From Ascoidea asiatica JCM 7603 (Eukaryota > Fungi > Ascomycota), in assembly GCA_001600695.1 (NCBI GenBank), contig BCKQ01000003.1, positions 1,941,351 to 2,005,350 of the forward strand: a stretch of 64,000 nucleotides of DNA. Reading direction: 5' to 3'. This document shows, piece by piece, positions 1 to 11,027 of the stretch. The notes under the pieces are model-generated. The model was given only the letters and a program-made list of their open reading frames with translations. It was not told where the DNA came from and did not search any database. Position 1 is the stretch's first letter. The number at the start of each line of letters is the position of its first letter. The translations under genes and the position numbers were made by a program.

Positions 1-413
1 CAATTCTACTACTTTATTTTGGGGTTTGGGATTTAGAATTTAGCTATGAAGATTGTACTGCAGTTGTGTCCGGTGTATTTATCTATCGGTGTTTGTTATC
101 CGGCTTTAGGTGTAGCTGTTTTGGAATTTCTTCTGCTGATTCAGCACAGTTCTACGTAAAGGTTGATTATTTTCACGAAGTGCACAGCAATATTTACAAA
201 ATGAAAAAAAAATAGTTTATGAACTAATTGGATAACAAAAGATAGCTCAACGAGATACTTTTCCTTGAAATTTTCAGCCAGTCACAAAAAAATCACCTAT
301 TTAATTCTATATAAAGAAAGCAATATCATCTCAATTCTTTCTTTTCATCACCTAAAACCATTTTGTTCCATTAATTTTCTGTTACATATCAAATATTAGT
401 ATTTTTAAGAATA

Positions 414-1859
414 ATGTCCCCAAAGAAAAATATTGATAACCAATCTGAAACTCAACCTTTATTAGGGTCATCTAATCACGATGAAACTGAAACTGTAAAA
501 AACTCTCATCATATCAAAGAAATTAAACGGAAGCTTTATATTTCTCATTTTCTTTATGTTTGGAATGCAAGAGTTTATGAGTTTGGTATAGTTTTAATTA
601 TTGTTGATTTGTTTCCTCAAACATTATTACCTTCTTCATTATTATCCCTTTGCTGTTCACTTGCTACAATTATTTTCTCAACAGAAGTTGCAAAAATCGT
701 CGATAAGGGTGAAAGACTACCTATCGTTCGTCATACAATTTTTATGCAAAGATCTTCTGTTTCTGTTTCTGTTTTTTGCTTACTTTTGCTCTATATTTTT
801 CCTTCATTGATGAAATTTAAATCTTATGCTCTTGCTCTTTCAATACTTGCTGGAATCATAGAAAGGCTTTGTGCACTAGCAAATAAAATTTCAATACAAA
901 GAGATTGGTTAGTTCATATTGCTCAAGAAGGAGATGAAAAATTATTAGTTCAATTAAACACACAAATGAGATCAATTGATTTGTTTTGTAAATTAGTTGG
1001 TCCAACTTTTATTGCTTTGGTAATCGGCTTTACATCTGTAGAATTCTCAATGATTTTGATAATTGTATTGTTTTTAATATCAAATCCTATTGAATATTAT
1101 GCAATTGCTAGAGTTTATAATTTAGTTCCAAGTTTACAAATTCCAAAAATTAATTCGGAAACCTCTTCTAGTAATGTCAATGGAAATTCTGAAGATAGTC
1201 CTAATGAAGTTTCTACTTCCGAATCGTCTAATCAACTTCTTAAAAACTTTAAAATTTTTTCCGGTTCTATAATGTCTTTACCTACAGTTTCTTATGCATT
1301 ATTATATTTAACTGTTTTATCTTTTGGAAATTCAACAGTTGCCTACCTTTTATCATTCAGTTCTATTTCGGATGAGGCTGTTGGTCTTTTAAGAGCTGTT
1401 TCTTCGGTATTTGAATTAAGTTCAACAGTTATTTTTCCAAAAATCAATAATAAACTTGGTTTAATTAATACTGGTTTTATTTCTCTAGTACAAGAATTTA
1501 TATCTTTAATTCCAATTCTAATTGGGTTTGTAATGAATTATTCCTCTACTTACAAATTATTATGTATATTTATTCCAATTAGTAGATTAGGTTTATGGGG
1601 TTATGATTTAGCAATTCAAAATATGGTGCAAATTTATGTTACAGATGAAGAAAGAGCTGGCTTCACTGCAATTGAAGAAAGTATAATATCTTTTTTTGAA
1701 ATTTGTGGTTATACAATTACAATTATTTTCAATAAGCCAGATCAATTCTATATTCCTACTTATATTAGTATTTCAAGTATCGGGTTAGCTACATTACTTT
1801 ATTTTGTTTTTTTTGTCAAATCAAAATCAAAATTAAGTTCATCCCATTTTGATCATTAA
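414..1859 (+). CDS. Ferroportin (FPN1/SLC40)-family metal transporter
   Basis: Multi-TM protein. LYISHFLYVWNARVYEFG, ISIQRDWLV, NTQMRSIDLFCKLVGP, LLYLTVLSF and SRLGLWGYDL match ferroportin-family motifs. Confidence 0.88.
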   Translation: MSPKKNIDNQSETQPLLGSSNHDETETVKNSHHIKEIKRKLYISHFLYVWNARVYEFGIVLIIVDLFPQTLLPSSLLSLCCSLATIIFSTEVAKIVDKGERLPIVRHTIFMQRSSVSVSVFCLLLLYIFPSLMKFKSYALALSILAGIIERLCALANKISIQRDWLVHIAQEGDEKLLVQLNTQMRSIDLFCKLVGPTFIALVIGFTSVEFSMILIIVLFLISNPIEYYAIARVYNLVPSLQIPKINSETSSSNVNGNSEDSPNEVSTSESSNQLLKNFKIFSGSIMSLPTVSYALLYLTVLSFGNSTVAYLLSFSSISDEAVGLLRAVSSVFELSSTVIFPKINNKLGLINTGFISLVQEFISLIPILIGFVMNYSSTYKLLCIFIPISRLGLWGYDLAIQNMVQIYVTDEERAGFTAIEESIISFFEICGYTITIIFNKPDQFYIPTYISISSIGLATLLYFVFFVKSKSKLSSSHFDH

Positions 1860-1940
1860 ATAAAATTAAATTTCAATGCTTATGTAATTTTTGTACTATA
1901 TATACTCAATTGTTATAAATCAACTAACGTTCTTTTTTCT

Positions 1941-3245
1941 TTAATGTTTTTTGTATGAACTATTAATATTCAATCTATCAGATAAACTTCTTGAAAATCT
2001 AACTGGTGAGCGAGATCTATACTCTGCTCTTTTTCTTGTATTGAAATTTGGAAACAAATCTTCATCACTACTATTTCCATTTTCAAATTTATCAGATTGC
2101 CATCTTCCTCTATTAGGAGCATTACTTCTACTATTACGATGAGAATTATTATTTCTGTAGCTTATATTACCTGAATTTCTTCTTGAACGTACTTCATTCT
2201 CAGGGCTTAATTTAGAAGAAAATAGATCCGGTTCATCGTCAAAGTTTTGATTTATATCCGTGGAGGTTTTCTTATTAACTTGATCTTTATCTCGAAATAG
2301 ATATTTTTTATCTTGAAATAGATCATCATCACCATTATTATTATTTAAACTAGAAGGTTTTGATGTAGTTAATGATGAACCATTTGAAGATCTACTTCCT
2401 TTTACTGCAAATCTTTTCTTAAAATAATCATCTCTATCTCTATAATTTATCTCAGATATTGATGTATATCCTATTTCTAGATTTGAGGAACTTGACCCAG
2501 ATTTTAAATCACTATTGAATTTTCTTGATTTTGTATAGTTTCTTTTTCTAATAGTTTTATTATAAGTCGGCTCACCATGAACTAAATAATATTTTGATCT
2601 TTCTTTTGCTCCTTTTGTTTTTTTATCAGATATTAGAGATTGCCTTATATAAAATTCAAAACTTTTTGATAGTTTATTTTTTTGTTTTTCTAACTCATTT
2701 AAATCATCATTATTTTTTATATCACTTGAAGACAAAAATTTTTCATTAAGAAAAGTTTTTGTTATACGCTCTTCAATAATTTCCAAAGTTTCAAAGACAT
2801 TTTCATCTTTAGTTAAAAACATTAAAGCCTTTAAGGAATCTGGTTCTTTTAAAAATACAATATTTAAAGAATCATCATCTATCCACTCAAGTTTAAATTT
2901 TATTATTTTATCATCATCATTTTGAATTGAATCTTTTAAATAAAAATCTAAATAAGTTTTAATATCTCTTGTTGATAAATCATCGATACCTCGTATCCTC
3001 AATGAATTTTTTCTTACATCTGGATAATTTAATTGAGAATTGAATTTCTCTAAAAGTTTCTGATCAAGAGTTAATTCAGGATTTTCTTCTTCTGCGATTA
3101 ATTTTGTAGATTCAGGTTGATTAACTTGATCTTGATATGCTTCTCTTGTATTTTCAGAACCCTTATCGTCTATAACTATATCTCCATCATTATCTACTTC
3201 CATTAGATTTTCGTCCTTCATTACCTGTTCTTGATCCATTTTCAT
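1941..3245 (-). CDS. NCBP3/DUF2414-like nuclear cap-binding protein
   Basis: SLRIRGIDDLSTRDI...KLEWIDDDSLNIVF RRM-like core, DKKTKGAKERSKYY, basic R/S-rich tail. Confidence 0.78.
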   Translation of the reverse strand: MKMDQEQVMKDENLMEVDNDGDIVIDDKGSENTREAYQDQVNQPESTKLIAEEENPELTLDQKLLEKFNSQLNYPDVRKNSLRIRGIDDLSTRDIKTYLDFYLKDSIQNDDDKIIKFKLEWIDDDSLNIVFLKEPDSLKALMFLTKDENVFETLEIIEERITKTFLNEKFLSSSDIKNNDDLNELEKQKNKLSKSFEFYIRQSLISDKKTKGAKERSKYYLVHGEPTYNKTIRKRNYTKSRKFNSDLKSGSSSSNLEIGYTSISEINYRDRDDYFKKRFAVKGSRSSNGSSLTTSKPSSLNNNNGDDDLFQDKKYLFRDKDQVNKKTSTDINQNFDDEPDLFSSKLSPENEVRSRRNSGNISYRNNNSHRNSRSNAPNRGRWQSDKFENGNSSDEDLFPNFNTRKRAEYRSRSPVRFSRSLSDRLNINSSYKKH

Positions 3246-3806
3246 TTAGCTTCTAGTTAAAATAAATATTTGCTTCTCATTTAGAGTAAATTGAAACTTT
3301 CAAAAGTTTATGTTGTTTTATATTTTGCCATTTCAAGGCCGAAAAGTGATTAACATTACGAGTAACTTTACAGTGATACTTGAAAAGGACGCGTTAATTA
3401 CGGGCGGGTAATGTATACACATTGACTGCTACGGATAAATGTAAGAGTTAAAAGCTATCGAAAAGTTATTAAATACAAACTATTTATTGCTTGACAAGAT
3501 ATTTAAGTATGAATTATTTTTATTGTTGCAATTCTTGCAATATTAATATTAAGATCAACAGGTTATAATAATGATCAAAGGCAATGACTAAAAGAAACAT
3601 ATTGAAGTTTAATTGAACTATCCAAAGGTATAATTTAGTATCATTAACTTTTTGATTTACTTTTTATTCAAAAAAACTAGAGAGAAAACAAATCGAGACA
3701 AAATAACAAAACAAATAATTAAACAAAAAATAGAAAAATTAAAAGCAATAGATCAAAAAATGGGGTCAATTTTATAAAGGTTATTCTATTCACCTTCTAT
3801 AAAAAC

Positions 3807-5198
3807 TCAATCTAATTCATTAGCGAAATTTTCAATATCCTTTTCAGCTTCTTTTTGTAATAAAAATTTTGTATAAGGTGTTAAAGTAATATTATCTTTT
3901 TTAAGATTAAGATTAAAAAGTTCTTCTTTTAATACACCTCCATAACTTTCTGGAATATTATTTGATTCCAATTGTTTGCTTAAATCAAGTTGATTAGACA
4001 ATACTCTAAATTTAGCAACAGTTTCTGGTGCTATAAAAAAGTTTTTAACAATATAGTTATAAAGAAAAGAAAATAAAGTAGGAATATTTATGAAACATTT
4101 AATACTTAAAGTTTCTGGATAATAATCTTTGAAATATCTAATTGTTGCTTTTGTTGATTTTGATAAAGATGCATCATATCTTAAAAAACTTACATTTTTA
4201 TAATCATGAATTTGTACCATGTACGAGTTATCTTTATCAGTGAAGTTTAATAAATGAATAGCTCTTTCCATCAAACCTACACGCCATCGTAAAAATTTAT
4301 CAGTATCAATGAAAATTTCTTTAATTGGTGCAGCACCATATAAGTTCCAAGTTATAATTTTTGAATTTGAATTATTTTCAATATTATTAGTGATATAACC
4401 TATGACATCAAATTTTTTATCATGAGATTCAATGAAAGCTGCAGATAAAGGATTAAATTTTTTTCTCCAAAGCAAGGTATTTTTCAATTGAGAATAAGAT
4501 TGAGTAATATCGAAATTATTTGCTTTTAAAAATTTGAAGATTAAAGCTTTAGAAATTAAATCATCAAAATATTGGTCATTGATAGGATTGGAAGAATAAA
4601 CTTTGTAACCATATAATTCATCATAAGCAGTTTCTTCAATAATTTTAGGTAAACTTTTTTGATAAAATTCTAAAAAGACTTTTTTTTCATCATCATTAAG
4701 TTCACCAATACTTTGAGGAAGAATAAAAGAAGCTGGAGAATCTGGAGATTTTTTATTTGATTCAATTGGTGCAGTATTTTTTAATGATTCAATTTCATTT
4801 TTAGTGGTAGATTCAATAGGTTGGACATCTTGTTGGTCTTTGATAGCTTCATGATTTCTTGAATCAATCAATTCTTCATTTTCTTTTTTTAATTCATTTG
4901 GAATTCCTTTTTTTTCCTCTACAGAGGTTTGAATTTTATCTGCAGTTGATAAAGTTTCTTTTTCACCGGGAATATTTGCAGAATTTTCCACCAATGAAAC
5001 TTCTACAGGCTTATCTTGAATAGGTTTGGTCTCAATTGGATTGATTTCTTCTTTTATTGAAAGATTTTTTACATCTTCTACAACAGAAGTTTCAACAGTT
5101 TTATCCTCTTTATTAATAATTTGATCCTTTTTGATATCTTCTTTTAAGGATTCTTTTACAGTTTCCTTATCAGTTAATTCCTTTGATGGTTCTTCCAT
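3807..5198 (-). CDS. SFH5: Sec14-family phosphatidylinositol transfer protein
   Basis: YDELYGY, KFLKAN, TLLWRKKFNP, ITWNLYG, FLRWRVGLME, QIHDYKNVSFL, YYPETLS; long acidic N-terminal extension. Confidence 0.9.
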   Translation of the reverse strand: MEEPSKELTDKETVKESLKEDIKKDQIINKEDKTVETSVVEDVKNLSIKEEINPIETKPIQDKPVEVSLVENSANIPGEKETLSTADKIQTSVEEKKGIPNELKKENEELIDSRNHEAIKDQQDVQPIESTTKNEIESLKNTAPIESNKKSPDSPASFILPQSIGELNDDEKKVFLEFYQKSLPKIIEETAYDELYGYKVYSSNPINDQYFDDLISKALIFKFLKANNFDITQSYSQLKNTLLWRKKFNPLSAAFIESHDKKFDVIGYITNNIENNSNSKIITWNLYGAAPIKEIFIDTDKFLRWRVGLMERAIHLLNFTDKDNSYMVQIHDYKNVSFLRYDASLSKSTKATIRYFKDYYPETLSIKCFINIPTLFSFLYNYIVKNFFIAPETVAKFRVLSNQLDLSKQLESNNIPESYGGVLKEELFNLNLKKDNITLTPYTKFLLQKEAEKDIENFANELD

Positions 5199-5716
5199 TG
5201 TTGTTCAAGTTAGTTGTTTATAGTATTCAATATACCAAGATAATAGAGTTAGAATTAGAATTGAACAATTAGAATCTAAAATTAAAAAAGAAATTTGAAA
5301 TTGTTTGAATATTTTATATTCAATAAATATCTAAAGTTGGGGAGCTAAGGTGAGTATATTTTGTGATGAGATTTGTGTCCATATTAAAACACAAAGGTGT
5401 TAAACAGGTGCCAATAAAAAGATAAAAAGTCATACAGAAGAACCGCAAATATGATCTCTTTTTTGTCATGTGCGCTTACTTTATTTCTGTGTGCGAAAGT
5501 AAACGCATTATCGCACACAAAATTAGAAAAAAAAAAAAAAGGTCACATGTTCATTGGAATCTTTATGCGTCGTTTGGACCAAATAACAATATTGTAATAA
5601 ATCGAGTAAAGTATTACAGAAAAAAGTGAAATTTAATATTTTTTTGAGAGTGAATATATAAATTAAGAGAACATACTTCAAAAATAATTGAGATTTAGAA
5701 GCTCAAGTAACTAAAA

Positions 5717-6790
5717 ATGGCATCTAATATATTAGTGGATGCTTCAAGTTTCATATCGATTGGTTCAAGGGTAACTTATCCTTCTTCAATAAAATGTGGA
5801 AATATTTCTATTAATCTTTTGAATCAAGTTCGTCATGCTTCAAGAAGAAGAATTGCTTATCCATTTTATAAAGCAGAGTTTTTAGGAAGAGTTAATCCTA
5901 AATCTCATAAATCTAATCTTGGATATATGTTAGAACAATTTTTAGGTCCAAAAAATTATAAAGGTGAATATATTTATAATAAATATTATTATCCACCAAC
6001 AGATCATAATCCAAATTATATAACTCCAGAACTTGAAAAAGGTCAAGCTGTTAATAATCCATATAAAATTGATGATACATATTCAAATTCAAATAAATCA
6101 AGAGATAATGAATCAAATGATTCTTCACAAAGAAGACAAACATTTAAATCAAGAGAAAGATCTTTACAACCATTTCCATTAAATCCATTTTGTAAAACAA
6201 ATTCAATAATTTCAAATGAATTAAAAGAAACAATATTAAAGGATTTAAAAGAAAAAAATTTACCAATTCAAGAAGTTGCATTTAAATATGGTATAAAAAT
6301 TCCAAGAATTGAAGCACTTTTAAAATTAAATGAAATTAAATTAAAATTTAATAAAAAAAATAATTTAAATAAAAATTTACAATTAATGAAAAATAAAGTT
6401 TATAAAATGTTTCCATTATTTAATCCAATTATAAAACCAGAAAATTTAACAGAAATTCCAATTCCTTTAAAAACATTAAAATCAAGATTTTTAACAATAA
6501 ATGAAAGTGAACCTTTTGGACCAATTGATGCAGCAAAAATTTTAGATTTAGAACCTGCAAAATTAACTTTAGAAAATTTATCAAAAATTGAAGAAAATGA
6601 TAAAGATAATAATAATAAAAATTTAAACAAAGTTTACTATGCATCAGTTTTAAAAGGTGAAAGATATCAATTTAAATTTATTAATTCAAAAGTTGGAAAA
6701 GTTGGTTATAGATATGGAACATCAATTAGAGATAATAAAAAAGATAGAAAAATTGGATTTGATTCTGTCGGTAGAATGATTTATCTTTAA
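5717..6790 (+). CDS. MRPS35: Mitochondrial small ribosomal subunit protein mS45 (Bot1 family)
   Basis: QVRHASRRR presequence end, FLGPKNYKGEY, LQPFPLNP, ESEPFGPIDAA, VGYRYG...RDNKKDRKIGFD. Confidence 0.9.
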   Translation: MASNILVDASSFISIGSRVTYPSSIKCGNISINLLNQVRHASRRRIAYPFYKAEFLGRVNPKSHKSNLGYMLEQFLGPKNYKGEYIYNKYYYPPTDHNPNYITPELEKGQAVNNPYKIDDTYSNSNKSRDNESNDSSQRRQTFKSRERSLQPFPLNPFCKTNSIISNELKETILKDLKEKNLPIQEVAFKYGIKIPRIEALLKLNEIKLKFNKKNNLNKNLQLMKNKVYKMFPLFNPIIKPENLTEIPIPLKTLKSRFLTINESEPFGPIDAAKILDLEPAKLTLENLSKIEENDKDNNNKNLNKVYYASVLKGERYQFKFINSKVGKVGYRYGTSIRDNKKDRKIGFDSVGRMIYL

Positions 6791-7313
6791 AGAAAAATAT
6801 TTCATGAATCATCATTGAATAGGTAATTGTATAAATAAATAATTTCTAATGAATAAATTGTAAATAAATTCAATCAATTAAATGTTATGTTATTAAATAA
6901 TTAAATTACTGGAATATAAAATGCGCTTCGATATGGCGCGTTAAATACCTAAAAAAGAATGGGGACGACAAAGTGTTTCTAGTCTTTTCCGGGTGCTGTT
7001 GCTGTTGACTAATCACACACGGGAACAGCGCAGTCATGCTACGTCCCACACTTGCAGTCTGTAGTCGCTAACTTAGTTAACCTGGCTAGTTTTTTCATCC
7101 ACCTTTGCCATCATCATCTACTGGTAAACTTTGAGGATTAACTATTTTGTTTTTATAAAAAGAGTATATTGCTATGTGATTTCATTAAGATTTGTTATCT
7201 TAATTATTTTATTTATTATTATTATAAAAGTTGGTAACAGAATATAATATATAAAAGAATAAATTAAACTAAATTAAATCAATTTAAATTAAATAAGAAA
7301 GTAATTTTACAAA

Positions 7314-7781
7314 ATGTCTTGGAATTCAAATGTTGATTGGGATAAAGATACAGTAATTGGACGTAATGCTAATCGTGGTAGTTCAGGACCTCGTCAAACA
7401 GTAATTAAAGCTCAAGGTAAAATCAATCAAGCTAGAAGATCTGGTGCAGTTGTTTCAGTTGATAAGAAATATGCTACAGGTAATAAAAGACAAGATTCTG
7501 AAGGTCAAAGATTAACAAAAGTTGATAGAGAAGATGATATTGTTAAACCAAAAACTGTTGATCCAGTTGTTGGTAAAACTATTGCTAAAGTTAGATTAGA
7601 AAAAAAATTTACTCAAAAAGATTTAGCAACAAAAGTTAATGAAAAACCAAGTGTTATTAATGATTATGAAGCAGGTAGAGCTACCCCAAATCAACAATTA
7701 TTAGGTAAATTGGAAAGAGTCTTAGGTGTCAAATTAAGAGGTAAATCTATTGGTGAACCTTTATTTGGAAAGAAAAAATAA
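7314..7781 (+). CDS. MBF1: Multiprotein-bridging factor 1
   Basis: [50 protein letters not shown]. Confidence 0.97.
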   Translation: MSWNSNVDWDKDTVIGRNANRGSSGPRQTVIKAQGKINQARRSGAVVSVDKKYATGNKRQDSEGQRLTKVDREDDIVKPKTVDPVVGKTIAKVRLEKKFTQKDLATKVNEKPSVINDYEAGRATPNQQLLGKLERVLGVKLRGKSIGEPLFGKKK

Positions 7782-8068
7782 TTCAATTCAGTTGAATTTA
7801 CTAAAAATTAAGAGATTAGAAGAAATAATTATAATAAAAAGAATGGCTATACCAATTTTTTATATTTTTAAAACATTCACATCTGAATGCTTGTTCTAAA
7901 TACTAATCGATTTTAAATTTTGGACTGAATTTAATTTTTACAAAACTTATAAAACATTATCACTTTATAGCATTAGGTATGATATTGAATATACCCTTCA
8001 ATTTTTTTTATTTTTTTTTTTTTTTTTTTCCATTTTTTATTTTTGTTCTTTTTCATCTTTCCTTATTT

Positions 8069-8130
8069 ATGAATTATCAATGAATTATCAATGAAATATC
8101 AATGAATTATCAATGAAATATCAATGAATA
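8069..8130. repeat. 11-bp tandem repeat (ATGAAWTATCA), about 5.5 copies
   Basis: Read directly in the MBF1-CPR1 intergenic region. Confidence 0.85.
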
Positions 8131-8388
8131 TTATCTATGAATATACGATTATTTAACACTTCTAGAAAAGTATTAAAGTAAAATTTAAAATATAAAATAA
8201 AAGAAGATTCAGCTGAAACTGATGACTCTGAAAATAAAAACATACTGTATGTACGTAGTTAAATACCATCCCACCCGAACAATATGGAATTCTTTGCCCT
8301 TCTGAAACATTCAAATTGCAGCTCGGAGTAATTCAGAGGACTCCAGAACCAAGAGATTGGTTTTAAAAGTGCTAGTCAAGCAGTAAGA

Positions 8389-8604
8389 GTCACGTGAGCT
8401 AATTTATTAACCGAGCTAAAGCCGCACCGCTTTGTGAAGTACAACAAGGTTTACTCAGCGCCACTGTGCTGCGGATGGCGATTTGGCTTGTTTTAATTAT
8501 AAGTAGCCGGGTAACACACTAAACTTACGACATTTTCAAAAATCAAGGACGTATTGGCGCATACGAGAGGGAGTGAGGTCTTGTTTTCGGAGGGCCTCCG
8601 AAAA
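8389..8604. promoter_or_regulatory. CPR1 upstream region with Cbf1 E-box, Reb1 site and CGG-N7-CCG palindrome
   Basis: GTCACGTGA at 8389-8397, CCGGGTAA at 8507-8514, TTTTCGGAGG-G-CCTCCGAAAA at 8584-8604. Confidence 0.55.
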
Positions 8605-9203
8605 GCAGTGGCCAATAGGATCCGACGAGGGATCGAAGTAGGGGCTGCTCTGCCTTTTTGTGACAGGGCCGTGGGCGATGACATGGGAGCGAGCCGCAGG
8701 CCGAGTGGCGTGGCTTGAGAGACTGGAGAGGCTGGCGTGGCTGGTAGCAAGCGGTTGTGGAGCAGCGCGCATCGACGATTCGATGAGATCGAACGCGATG
8801 GAATCTCCTCGACACGCATCAAACGTCTGTTGGGCTGATGTTATTGGCTTCAGTAAAGCTTTGCCCTGGGCCTTTTGCTAGATTTACTCTGACTTTGGTC
8901 TGTTTTCGCTTACTTTTGCTGTACCGTCAATGTTTCCTCTCTAACAATACCGTTAATTTCCATGGGAGTACTGTAGGTAGTTCTAGTGCTTCTCACTAAA
9001 TTACGCCATTTTGGTATTTTCTTCAAATTTAATATAAATACTTCTTTTCCTCTTCTTTTTAAACAAAAATTTTAACTTCTTTTTAATCAATTAAGTATTC
9101 AATTGTTGTTATTTATATATATATATTATATCAATAGCCTTTTCTTTACTTTTTTTTCAGTTTAATTTGATACTTTTTTTCCATATTTAAAATTATAATA
9201 AAA

Positions 9204-9692
9204 ATGTCTAAAGTTTATTTTGATATTACTGCTGATGGAAAACCATTAGGTCGTATTGTTTTTGAATTATATTCAAATGTTGTTCCAAAAACTACAGAAA
9301 ATTTCCGTGCTTTATGTACTGGTGAAAAAGGTTATGGTTATGCTGGTTCTAAATTTCATCGTGTTATTCCACAATTTATGTTACAAGGTGGTGATTTTAC
9401 AAGAGGTAATGGAACTGGTGGTAAATCAATTTATGGTGAAAAATTTAGTGATGAAAATTTCTCCGTAAGACATACAAAACCAGGTTTATTATCAATGGCT
9501 AATGCTGGTCCAAATACTAATGGTTCTCAATTTTTTATAACTACTATTCCATGTCCTTGGTTAGATGGTAAACATGTTGTTTTCGGTGAAGTTACTTCTG
9601 GTTATGATGTAGTTAAAAAAGTTGAATCTTTTGGTTCTAATTCTGGTTCAACTAGAGCAAATGTTGTTATTTCTGCTTGTGGTGAATTATAA
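9204..9692 (+). CDS. CPR1: Cyclophilin A peptidyl-prolyl isomerase
   Basis: [58 protein letters not shown]. Confidence 0.98.
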   Translation: MSKVYFDITADGKPLGRIVFELYSNVVPKTTENFRALCTGEKGYGYAGSKFHRVIPQFMLQGGDFTRGNGTGGKSIYGEKFSDENFSVRHTKPGLLSMANAGPNTNGSQFFITTIPCPWLDGKHVVFGEVTSGYDVVKKVESFGSNSGSTRANVVISACGEL

Positions 9693-9887
9693 TCAAAACT
9701 ATAAGAACTTAAATAGCCCTTTTTAAATAAATGATTTTATGATTTAATTCAATTTTTAATTATTTTATAAATTAATGTACTAATTTGTTTAATTATATTG
9801 TAAAACTCTATTACAAATCTCTATTATAAAAAAAATCTATATTAAAGTTTCTATTGTAATTTGAATAAGAAATTGGAATTTGAAAAT

Positions 9888-11027
9888 TCAATTGTTAACA
9901 TTACTGATACCTTTACCTTTTTCTAATAATATATTTATAATATTTTTTTGACAATTTATTGCACTTTTTTGAATATTTTCAAAAGTTCCACTACCAATAT
10001 GTGGTGTACAAATAACATTATTAAATTTTAATAATTCTTCACTAATATATGGTTCATTTTCAAATACATCTAATCCTGCATATGAAATATATTTATTTTT
10101 AATTCCTTCAATTAAATCTAATTCATTAATAATTTTTCCTCTACTTATATTAATAATTTTAATTCCTTTTTTACAATAATAAATTGTTTTTTTATTTAAT
10201 AAATATTTTGTTTTTTCATTTAATGGTAATGAAAATATTATTACATCACAAATTGATGCAATTTCTTTAAAATTTGAATGATAAATTAATGGAAAATTTA
10301 ATTCAAATTTTTTAATTTCTTCATTTGTTAATTCTTTACTCTTAGTATAATGAATAATCATATTCATTGAATTTAATCTTTTAGCTAATTCTTTACCAAT
10401 TGATCCTAATCCAACAATACCTGCAACTTTACCTTTAATTGAATTGAAATTTTTATTTGGTAAAATAATTTCATTATTATTATTATTTATAATAGTATTA
10501 AAATATCTAAAAGAATTAATAACATTAAATAATGCAACATCCGCAACTTGATCTGATGCTAAAGATGGTGTATTACAAAGAATTATATTTCTTTCTTTTA
10601 ATAATTTTAGATCAAATCTATCATATCCATTTGAACTTGTTGCAATTACTCTTAAACTTTTTGGAAAATTATTAATAATTTCTTCATTAACTGGTATTAT
10701 ACCATTTTTACTCATTATACCACCATTACCCCCTGACGCAAACCAAAGTGCATTAATATCATAATATTTATTTTCCAAATCAATTAAAAATTGTTCTTTT
10801 GATGAAAATGTATAAAACTATCAAATTGTTAGTTAATTAATTTTAAGTTATTGGTCATTATATGAAAAAAAAATTTTTAATCAATTAATTTCATTATTTC
10901 CAATAAAATTTAACATTATTTAACTCACTTGAACATCAAATTTAGCGTTAAATTCTTTAAATTCATCACTATCAATGAAAACTTCATTAACTGCTAATAC
11001 TTTTAACAAAGGTTTATCATTCGTCAT
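9888..11027 (-). CDS. D-2-hydroxyacid dehydrogenase / glyoxylate reductase-like, 2 exons (11027-10929, 10817-9888)
   Basis: GIVGLGSIG Rossmann motif; NISRG, DVFENEP and TPHIGS catalytic R/E/H. Exon 1 MTNDKPLLKVLAVNEVFIDSDEFKEFNAKFDVQ splices in frame to FYTFSSKEQFLIDLENKYY. Confidence 0.88.
10818..10928 (-). other. Spliceosomal intron (111 nt) of the dehydrogenase gene
   Basis: GTGAGT donor at 10928, AACTAAC branch point at 10834-10828, TAG acceptor at 10820-10818; phase 0, restores an ATG start. Confidence 0.8.

Noticed and set aside
8493-8881. Four overlapping short ORFs in the GC island upstream of CPR1
   Set aside because: No recognisable domain and atypical codon usage; long ORFs are expected where GC is high and stops are rare.
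9140-9203. Possible 5'-UTR intron acceptor (T-tract + CAG) or N-terminal extension for CPR1
   Set aside because: No convincing donor or branch point; an in-frame TGA at 9168 blocks an extension.
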